IMG/VR virus record: IMGVR_UViG_3300020181_000318
Coordinates: 1-31,995 of that record
Reading direction: 5' to 3' (one strand)
Source: a virus
Taxonomy: Duplodnaviria; Caudoviricetes
DNA: 31,995 nt
Shown here in pieces: positions 25,988-31,995 of this stretch (the stretch's first letter is position 1; each line of letters begins with the position of its first letter). A program made the position numbers and the translations under genes. The notes beneath the pieces were generated by a model. The model searched no databases, had not been told where the DNA came from, and saw only the letters and a list, made by a program, of their open reading frames with translations.

Positions 25988-26331
25988 GGCTGCTGCTCGA
26001 CGTGGTAGCTGCTCGTGCGCACGGTCGTGAACGTCCGGTTGGGTCCACTGTCGTCGAGTTCGCAGCGGTTGACGGGTTCGTGCACCCAGCGGGTGCCGGG
26101 GAGTCCGCACCAGCCTTCGTGGTGGTGTTCGAGCAGGTGGGTTCCGGCGGCGCGGGCTATGGGTGCGTGGTCGTCGCAGGTGGGGAGTGCGATGGGGCCG
26201 TAGTGGGGGTCGTCGGTGAGGATGTGGATGGTGGCGGTGTTGGTGCAGCGGGGTTGTCCGGGGGCGGGGCTGTAGAGGCAGATGGCCCGGTGTTCGTTGC
26301 TGGGCAGGCCGACGCGCGGGCCGTCATCCAT
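25984..26331 (-). CDS. Cys/His-rich hypothetical protein
   Basis: MDDGPRVG..., C..C..CDDH..HHH..C..C; ATGGATGA overlap. Confidence 0.65.
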   Translation of the reverse strand: MDDGPRVGLPSNEHRAICLYSPAPGQPRCTNTATIHILTDDPHYGPIALPTCDDHAPIARAAGTHLLEHHHEGWCGLPGTRWVHEPVNRCELDDSGPNRTFTTVRTSSYHVEQQP

Positions 26332-26653
26332 GGCGGTTCTCCAGTGCGCGCTGCTGTTCCAGGCCGAGGCGCTCGTCTGCCTCGGGGGACCAGCGGGCGA
26401 AGAGGCTGTGGAACGCGCTTGCCCAGTCGGTGGCCTCGATCCGGACGAAGGAGCGCATGGTGGTGCTGAGCGTGTACTCGCGGCTGCCCGGGTGGATGTG
26501 CAACGGATCGGGGCCCCAAGCAGCGAAGGTGTTGAAGTCGTCTGCGCGTTCTTCGAGTTCGGCTTGGGTGAGGTCTTTGCTGGCGAGCAGGACGACGCGG
26601 CCGGGTGCGGGTTCGAAGCCGCACATGACCCATGCTGGGGTGAGGTCATCCAT
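26324..26653 (-). CDS. Hypothetical protein (109 aa)
   Basis: RBS GGAGG; ATGGATGA overlaps at both ends. Confidence 0.7.
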   Translation of the reverse strand: MDDLTPAWVMCGFEPAPGRVVLLASKDLTQAELEERADDFNTFAAWGPDPLHIHPGSREYTLSTTMRSFVRIEATDWASAFHSLFARWSPEADERLGLEQQRALENRHG

Positions 26654-27011
26654 GGCGAGCCTCCACGGTGATGCCGTAGCCCTCGGCGAGGTCGCGGAAG
26701 GTCGGGCAGGGGAACCGTTCGTAGAAGACGGTGGTGTACAGGTTGCCTTCGCTGTCCTCATCGTCGTAGACGTCGCTGATGCAGGTGTCGCAGGACAAGT
26801 GGTCGTTCTTGTGGTGTTCGAGGATGCGGCGGTCGGCGGCGCAGCGGCGGCGGATGCGGTCCGGCTCGCCGCAGTCACAGGCCGCGCCTTGGGTGACGCC
26901 GACGTAGGACACCGACCAGCAGCTTTCACGGTGCACCTCGTGCGCGCCCTGCTCGACCCGGTCGACAGCGGCGAGTACCCGGCGGGCGAGATCGTCAGTC
27001 ACGACAGTCAC
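26646..27011 (-). CDS. DUF6221-like phage protein
   Basis: RRCAADRRILEHH...C..C...PCPTFRDLAEGYG pattern; GTGA overlap. Confidence 0.65.
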   Translation of the reverse strand: MTVVTDDLARRVLAAVDRVEQGAHEVHRESCWSVSYVGVTQGAACDCGEPDRIRRRCAADRRILEHHKNDHLSCDTCISDVYDDEDSEGNLYTTVFYERFPCPTFRDLAEGYGITVEARHG

Positions 27012-27217
27012 CACTCGATCGTCAGGACGGTCCTGCTGAGGCGAGATGCTCCCAAGCCGTAGGCCATCTCCAACGGCGTCGGGCTCTCGTAGTGCTCCTC
27101 CACCTGGCCGCGCGCCAGTGCGTGCTGCCGTACTCGCTGTGCAAGATGTTCAAGGAATTCCGCTACGCCTTCGGTGGTGCCGTCGAAGGCGTAGGCGCGC
27201 ATGTCCGCTTCGCTCAT
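27008..27217 (-). CDS. Hypothetical protein (69 aa)
   Basis: ATGA and GTGA overlaps with both neighbours. Confidence 0.65.
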   Translation of the reverse strand: MSEADMRAYAFDGTTEGVAEFLEHLAQRVRQHALARGQVEEHYESPTPLEMAYGLGASRLSRTVLTIEW

Positions 27218-27999
27218 GCCGCGTGCACCCGCCCTTCGTAGGCGGCGGCGAGGATGCCGGTCAGCCGCTCGGCTTCGTCCAGCGGCATCCGGTGGCCGCA
27301 GCGCCGGCAGTCGACCCGGTCGGAGCCCTCCTGCCGCTCCAGCGTCATCCGCTGACAGGCCGGGTTGGGGCAGGGCAGGTAGAGGCGGTGCGCGCGGTGG
27401 GTGCGGCCCTCGACGGCCTCGGTGCGCTCGTGCAGCTCCAGCAGCCGCAGCGCCCCGTCCACCCCGTCTTCCTCCGTCACGTCCACCCCGGACCGGCCGG
27501 ACAGGCGCTCATCACGCCCGTCAAGCCGGGCCACGGTGGTGAGCGGGACGGCGAGCAGGCTGGGCCAGCGGCCGATGATCCAGCCGGAGGCGTAGCGCAC
27601 GAGGTGCTCCGGCCGGCCGCGCTCGGTGAAGACGAACCCGTCGAGCTCGGCGACCGGTCCGGCCCACAGGGCGAGTTCGGTGGCGATCTCCTCCTGCAGG
27701 GCGAGGACACCGAGGCGGAGGGGGACGGGGCGTTCGCGGGTGCCGGTGGTGGGCAGGTCGGTGCGGGCGCCGGACTTGCCGAGCAGCAGCGACAGTTCGA
27801 GGTAGTCGCGGGGAAGCTGGTCGATGGCGGCGCGGGCGCGGTTGAGGTCGGTGCGGCACAGCCCGCCGGGGGTGGTGGCGCGGTCGGGGACGTGGGCGCG
27901 CAGGGTGGTGCCGTCGGACAAGGTGGTGGTAGTGGGGGTGGTGTTGGCGCAGCGGGGGCCGCGGCGGCACAGCAGGGTGGCCTCGTCGGGGTGGGTCAC
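27214..27999 (-). CDS. Zinc-finger protein typical of actinophage late-regulator loci
   Basis: C...C..LC, LPRDYLEL, PCPNPAC...VDCRRCG; RBS AAGGAGG before GTG 27999. Confidence 0.75.
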   Translation of the reverse strand: MTHPDEATLLCRRGPRCANTTPTTTTLSDGTTLRAHVPDRATTPGGLCRTDLNRARAAIDQLPRDYLELSLLLGKSGARTDLPTTGTRERPVPLRLGVLALQEEIATELALWAGPVAELDGFVFTERGRPEHLVRYASGWIIGRWPSLLAVPLTTVARLDGRDERLSGRSGVDVTEEDGVDGALRLLELHERTEAVEGRTHRAHRLYLPCPNPACQRMTLERQEGSDRVDCRRCGHRMPLDEAERLTGILAAAYEGRVHAA

Positions 28000-28247
28000 G
28001 GTGCCTCCTTGAGTCGCTGGTAGAGGGCGGCCCATGTGCTTGGCCTGCGGAGAGCAATGCGGTGGATGCGGCGGCCCCACAGCTTTTCGAGAGGGATGAG
28101 CGGGGTCAGGTCTGCGAGGCCGAGGGTGTAGACGGGGTGGTCGTCGGGGAGATCGGCGTGGTCAGCGGCGGCGACGAGGGCCCGGAGGTGTCCCAGGTTG
28201 ATGGTTCGGTCGCCGGTGGTAGCTGTGATGGAGGGCAGGTCGGTCAC
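27996..28247 (-). CDS. Hypothetical protein (83 aa)
   Basis: RBS GGAGG; GTGA overlaps. Confidence 0.65.
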   Translation of the reverse strand: MTDLPSITATTGDRTINLGHLRALVAAADHADLPDDHPVYTLGLADLTPLIPLEKLWGRRIHRIALRRPSTWAALYQRLKEAP

Positions 28248-28414
28248 GGCTTCCTCCGGGCGTCGAGCATCGCGCCGATGGCGGACAGGGCGATCAGCGC
28301 GGCGGCTCCGGTGACGGCCCACCGCCACTGGCCGGTCCAGGCCCAGGCGGTGCAGCCGGCGGCGAGGAGGATGAGCCCGACCGCGCCGAGCGGGTGCAAG
28401 GGCTTGCGGGTCAT
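28244..28414 (-). CDS. Small 2-TM membrane protein (56 aa)
   Basis: MTRKPLHPLGAVGLILLAAG...; GGAG RBS; ATGA overlap. Confidence 0.7.
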   Translation of the reverse strand: MTRKPLHPLGAVGLILLAAGCTAWAWTGQWRWAVTGAAALIALSAIGAMLDARRKP

Positions 28415-29094
28415 CGGCTGCTCCGGGGAGTGATGGCGCGGGGAGGGCGCGGGCGGCGGGCGGGGCCGGTGCTGCGGCGGTGTTCGGCGAGCGCGCGGTC
28501 GCGAGCGGCGGTGGGCATGGTGACCGGCTCGGGGAGCGCGGCCTGCCACACGGCGTGCAGGGTGTCCGGTTCGACGCGGCCGACGCCGTCCGGTGTGGGC
28601 TCGTCGGTGGCGGCGAGGTCGAAGGTGGCGGGGCTGAGCGCGTTGGGCAGCACCACCTCGTCGGGGCCGGGCTGCTCGGCCGGGGACAGCCCGTGCCACC
28701 GGATGGTGTCCCAGTTGATCTCGTCGCCCCAGGCGGCGATGGTGGCCCACACGTCCGCCATCGCCACCCACGCCTCGTTCACCACGGCGAACAGGCCCGT
28801 CAGGTCCGGCAGGCGCAGCGGCCGGTAGTCCTCCGGCGGGGCGCTGAGGACGAGAACGTCCCCGTCGACGGTGCCGATCTCACGCCCGGGCACCCAGCGC
28901 CGTGGGACGTCGTCGTAGTCGGCCAGCACGAGGTCCCAGGGTTCGCGGTAGCCGATCAGGGGCTCGGTGCGGGCGGCCTGCCAGGCGGCTTGGCAGGTCT
29001 GCGAGCAGAAGTCGTCGCTGGGCGAGCCGTCGAGCGGGCCGCCGCAGTGGTGGCAGCCGGTGGCGTGGTCGATCGCGGCGATGATGTCCACCAC
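28411..29094 (-). CDS. Hypothetical protein with N-terminal treble-clef-like zinc finger
   Basis: CHHCGGPL..SPSDDFCSQTCQ..W. Confidence 0.75.
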   Translation of the reverse strand: MVDIIAAIDHATGCHHCGGPLDGSPSDDFCSQTCQAAWQAARTEPLIGYREPWDLVLADYDDVPRRWVPGREIGTVDGDVLVLSAPPEDYRPLRLPDLTGLFAVVNEAWVAMADVWATIAAWGDEINWDTIRWHGLSPAEQPGPDEVVLPNALSPATFDLAATDEPTPDGVGRVEPDTLHAVWQAALPEPVTMPTAARDRALAEHRRSTGPARRPRPPRAITPRSSR

Positions 29095-29097
29095 GGC

Positions 29098-29256
29098 CTA
29101 CCGGGTGCGGCGCAGGTGCTCGGCGGCGTCCGGGTGGGTCGGGGCGAGTTCGTCGGCGTGGTCGGCGCGGGCCTTGGCGCGGATGCGGGGCACAAGGTCG
29201 TCGACGACCTGCTCGATGACGGCGATGAGGGGGTCGTGCGGGGTGGGGTGGGTCAC
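29098..29256 (-). CDS. Hypothetical protein (52 aa), first gene of the leftward small-gene string
   Basis: RBS GGGAGG before GTG 29256. Confidence 0.6.
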   Translation of the reverse strand: MTHPTPHDPLIAVIEQVVDDLVPRIRAKARADHADELAPTHPDAAEHLRRTR

Positions 29257-29364
29257 CGGGGCCTCCCTAGGGCGGGTGGGGGCTGGGGTGGCCGCAGGGT
29301 AGGCCGCGCGACGTGGCCCGGAATCGGTTGGTGGGGCGGAGTGATCGGATTGTGGCCGTGGTGT

Positions 29365-29396
29365 CGTGTCAGCGATCGCCGCTGTTCGCTGACACG
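29365..29396. repeat. 11-bp perfect inverted repeat (operator or terminator)
   Basis: CGTGTCAGCGA-10 nt-TCGCTGACACG. Confidence 0.85.
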
Positions 29397-29483
29397 CAGC
29401 CGGGGTTGCTGTGGGTAGAGCACGATGGCGGTGTCGCGGCATTGGTTTCACCCGAGCTGGCGACACCCGGACGGCTGACGGGA

Positions 29484-30260
29484 TCAGTCGAGCGGGACTT
29501 CGTAGACGAGCTGGTAGCGCTCGCCGTTCATCACCATGTCGTTGATCTCCACCGGCCTGTCGTCGACCGTGAAGGCGACCCGGGTCACCTCGAACACCGG
29601 CATTCCAGGCCGGAGGCGGAGCGCGGCGGCTTCTTCTACCGAGGCCGGGCGGGTGGAGACGTACTCGACGCCGCGCTGGAGCCGGTGCCCGAGCTCGTCG
29701 AGTAGGCCGTAGGAGCCGCCCTTGCCGGTGTCTGCCTGCTCGATGCGCGTCCCGGCGGTGATACTGCGGGGCAGGCGGGACGTGGCGAGCTGCACCGGCA
29801 CGTCGTCAGCGCTCATGACCCGCGACCGGACGACCACCTCGTCGCCGACGGCGATGTCGAGTGCCGCAGCCGTGCGCTCGTCGGCAGGCTCGAACGTCAC
29901 CTTGGTCCGGCTGGTCGCAGTGAAGCCGCTGCTGCGACCGTCGCGCAGGAAAGCACCTTCGCCAGCCTCCCGGTTCTTGCGCCTCAAGCGGTCCAGCCCG
30001 CGCCGCTCGATTGTCGGACGTTCGCGCACAACGGTTCCGGCCCCGAAGTTGCTCTCGATGAGACCTTCCGCGTGCAGGAGCTTCAAGGCGTTCTGCACCG
30101 TCTGCCGAGACACCTCGTGCTTCACCATGAGGGTCCGGACGCTGGGAAGCGTGTGGCCTGGCCGGTACTCCCCTTGGGTGATAGCTGCGCGCAGTTCGGC
30201 AGCGATGCGCCGGTAGTGCGGCTCGCTGGCCTGCGGATTCTCGCTCTTGTCTCCTGCCAC
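29484..30260 (-). CDS. GntR-family regulator, HutC/UTRA subfamily (KorSA-like); probable repressor
   Basis: YRRIAAELRAAI..GEY.PG.TLPS...L...VSRQTV..AL..L..EGLI....G.GT.V winged HTH plus UTRA domain; start uncertain (GTG 30260, possibly leaderless). Confidence 0.92.
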   Translation of the reverse strand: MAGDKSENPQASEPHYRRIAAELRAAITQGEYRPGHTLPSVRTLMVKHEVSRQTVQNALKLLHAEGLIESNFGAGTVVRERPTIERRGLDRLRRKNREAGEGAFLRDGRSSGFTATSRTKVTFEPADERTAAALDIAVGDEVVVRSRVMSADDVPVQLATSRLPRSITAGTRIEQADTGKGGSYGLLDELGHRLQRGVEYVSTRPASVEEAAALRLRPGMPVFEVTRVAFTVDDRPVEINDMVMNGERYQLVYEVPLD

Positions 30261-30277
30261 GCCATAGATCGTAGGGC

Positions 30278-30342
30278 GGTCGTAGCAGTACGACCTCTGC
30301 AACTCCTGCGACTCCTGCTACGGTTGCACTTGTAGCAGTACG
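30278..30342. promoter_or_regulatory. Divergent control region with operator-like repeats
   Basis: GTAGCAGTACG twice (30282, 30332); palindrome GGTCGTA-GCAG-TACGACC; GTNGCA(G/C) heptamers at 9-bp spacing in both orientations. Confidence 0.7.
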
Positions 30343-30372
30343 GTCGAGCTGCATCAAGATTGGACGGAGCCC

Positions 30373-30576
30373 ATGCAGAGCACCACCGACGAGGAGCCGA
30401 TCGAGGTCGGCGAACTGGCCCGGCAGGTGAAGGTGAGCCCCAGCACGCTCTACCGGGCCATCCGCGCCGGCAGCCTCATCGCGCTCCGCATCGGCAACGG
30501 CCGAGGCACCCTCCGCGTGCACCGCAGCGACTGGGACGCCTACCTCGACGCCTGCCGCGCCGCCGCTACCCCCTGA
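30373..30576 (+). CDS. Excisionase-family HTH DNA-binding protein (Xis/Cro-like)
   Basis: V.ELA..VKVSPSTLYRAIRAG.L.ALRIG.G...LRV....WDAYL; RBS GGAG. Confidence 0.88.
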   Translation: MQSTTDEEPIEVGELARQVKVSPSTLYRAIRAGSLIALRIGNGRGTLRVHRSDWDAYLDACRAAATP

Positions 30577-30578
30577 TC

Positions 30579-30619
30579 CCGTGTCGCGTCCGGTGACCCC
30601 GAACCCGGGCGCGGCACGG
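30579..30619 (+). terminator. 15-bp hairpin after the xis-like gene (attenuator/terminator-like, no U tract)
   Basis: CCGTGTCGCGTCCGG / CCGGGCGCGGCACGG with two G-U pairs valid on the + strand. Confidence 0.5.
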
Positions 30620-30649
30620 CCCACCCCGAGCCCCGAGGAGAGGAACGAC

Positions 30650-30733
30650 ATGGCGAGGTGCAAGGACTGCAAGGACCAGGGCGGCTGCACGGACGGCTGC
30701 TGCGCGTGCGAGACCTGCGGAAAAACCGCCTAG
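30650..30733 (+). CDS. 27-aa Cys-rich peptide (metallothionein-like)
   Basis: MARCKDCKDQGGCTDGCCACETCGKTA*, 7 Cys; strong RBS GAGGAGAGGA; absent from the ORF track. Confidence 0.7.
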   Translation: MARCKDCKDQGGCTDGCCACETCGKTA

Positions 30734-30751
30734 CCCCCCGAGGAGACACCC

Positions 30752-30952
30752 GTGTTCAGAACGAAGACCACCCCGAAGACCACCCCGGAGACCGGCAGCA
30801 CCGCCGGGCGCACCCTGCGCGACTACGGCCACATCGCCAGCGAGACCCGACCCGACGGCGTCCACTGGGGCATCTGCGGCCTGTCCGCCGAGCAGTGGGA
30901 GATCGGTGCCCGCGCCTCCAGCCACCACGACCGGCTGGGTGGCCGCCGATGA
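30752..30952 (+). CDS. Hypothetical protein (66 aa)
   Basis: RBS GAGGAG before GTG; ATGA overlap downstream. Confidence 0.65.
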   Translation: MFRTKTTPKTTPETGSTAGRTLRDYGHIASETRPDGVHWGICGLSAEQWEIGARASSHHDRLGGRR

Positions 30953-31134
30953 GCCCCAGCGTCGACTCCTACGCGGCCGAGTACGAAGCCCGCCGCCGGC
31001 AGTTGGAGGACGACGTCCTGGCCTGCCGGGACGCCCTGGACCCCAACGACCGCAGCGAGCACGCCGAGTACATGCGGGAGGTCGCCGGGAGCATCGAGGA
31101 CCACCGCAGCTCCGCCCTCAACCGCAACCGCTGA
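30949..31134 (+). CDS. Hypothetical protein (61 aa)
   Basis: MSPSVDSYAAEYEARRRQLEDD...; ATGA overlap. Confidence 0.65.
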   Translation: MSPSVDSYAAEYEARRRQLEDDVLACRDALDPNDRSEHAEYMREVAGSIEDHRSSALNRNR

Positions 31135-31147
31135 CCTGGAGGACACC

Positions 31148-31606
31148 GTGCCCACCACTACGACGACGGACGAGCGGCTCATCAGTCGGCTCGCCGAGAA
31201 GTACACCGCGCTGCAGGCCGCCGTGGACGCGCTGCGGGAGCCGTGGCAGGCGCTGCGCGACCCGGGCGTGCCGTGGCAGCAGACCCTGCTGGCGCTGCAC
31301 GACCGGCAGCAGGGTCTGCTGCACGCCGCCGAGGCCGTGGACAACGCCGTGTACGACGCGGCGCACGACGCGACCGGCGAGCGGGCCCCGACCCAGGAGG
31401 CGTTCCTCAAGACGGTGCGCGCCCAGCGGGTCCTGGAGGAGGGCGTCGTCACCGACCTGTGCCCCGGGCACACCCGGTTCGCGATCGCCGAGGCTGCCGC
31501 GTACTGCCTGGCCTACCCCCAGCAGAACGAGAGCGCCTGCTGGCGCGCGGAGAAGCTGGTCGAGGCCCAGCGCCGCTACCTGCACACCGCGCTCAACCCC
31601 CGCTGA
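31148..31606 (+). CDS. Hypothetical helical protein (152 aa)
   Basis: RBS GGAGG before GTG; GC3-rich codons. Confidence 0.75.
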   Translation: MPTTTTTDERLISRLAEKYTALQAAVDALREPWQALRDPGVPWQQTLLALHDRQQGLLHAAEAVDNAVYDAAHDATGERAPTQEAFLKTVRAQRVLEEGVVTDLCPGHTRFAIAEAAAYCLAYPQQNESACWRAEKLVEAQRRYLHTALNPR

Positions 31607-31641
31607 CCCACCGCACACCACAACCGATCCGGAGGACACCG

Positions 31642-31995
31642 GTGATCGTCAGTTTCGGTCTCGGCCACAACGACCCCGCCGTCCCCGACGGCCTCTACAC
31701 CCTGGACCTGCGCGCCGAGTTGAGCGACCCGGCCCGCATGTCCGAGGAACTCCGCCGCTCGAACGGTCTGGACCCGCGGGTGCAGCAGGTCGTGTGGTCC
31801 ACCCCCGGGGCGCAGGACTTGTACGAGCAGCTGCTGTTCCTGGCCCGGGCGAATCCCGCCGCGGTGCTGCGCGTGGCGTGCGCGGGCGGGCGGCACCGGT
31901 CGGTCGCGTTCGCCGAACGCATCGGCGCGGAGACCGGGCACGAGGTGCGGCACCTACACATCGACCGGCCCCGGATCCTGCGCGCCGGCTCCTGA
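31642..31995 (+). CDS. Stand-alone RapZ C-terminal domain protein
   Basis: IVSFG..H......DLR..L.DP....LR...GLD..V...V, CAGGRHRSVAFAE...H; RBS GGAGG before GTG 31642. Confidence 0.85.
   Translation: MIVSFGLGHNDPAVPDGLYTLDLRAELSDPARMSEELRRSNGLDPRVQQVVWSTPGAQDLYEQLLFLARANPAAVLRVACAGGRHRSVAFAERIGAETGHEVRHLHIDRPRILRAGS

Larger units (their letters stand above)
1..31995. mobile_element. Temperate siphovirus/prophage of an actinomycete (partial; replication module not in window)
   Basis: Integrase plus syntenic terminase-portal-protease-capsid-neck-tail-tape measure-lysin-holin genes; very high GC. Confidence 0.95.

Noticed and set aside
27988-29256. 12-bp repeat GTGACCCACCCC at two gene starts (27988-27999 and 29245-29256)
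   Set aside because: Low complexity, and GTG-ACC starts are common in these genomes, so chance cannot be excluded

Overview
High-GC actinomycete temperate siphophage or prophage segment; the host is probably filamentous (Pseudonocardiaceae/Streptomyces-like), inferred from gene content only. A + strand tyrosine integrase and an MmpS-like membrane protein converge on a ~27 kb minus-strand arm. In transcription order that arm carries small accessory genes, Zn-finger and HTH regulators, a putative late promoter with a multi-hairpin leader, a DUF4082 protein, HNH, a cos-like region, terminases, a portal-MuF fusion, HK97-type protease and capsid, neck genes, major tail protein, frameshifted tail chaperones, tape measure with an M15-like peptidase, minor tail proteins, membrane proteins, a DEDDh exoribonuclease, amidase endolysin and holin. 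At the right end the apparent switch is a GntR/UTRA (KorSA-like) regulator, not a CI-type repressor. It is divergent from an excisionase-like HTH gene, a 27-aa Cys-rich peptide, small ORFs and a stand-alone RapZ C-terminal domain, a layout that recalls actinomycete integrative conjugative elements (AICEs). No replication genes, tRNA, CRISPR array or att core were recognised in the window. All family assignments are motif recognition by eye, not database searches.
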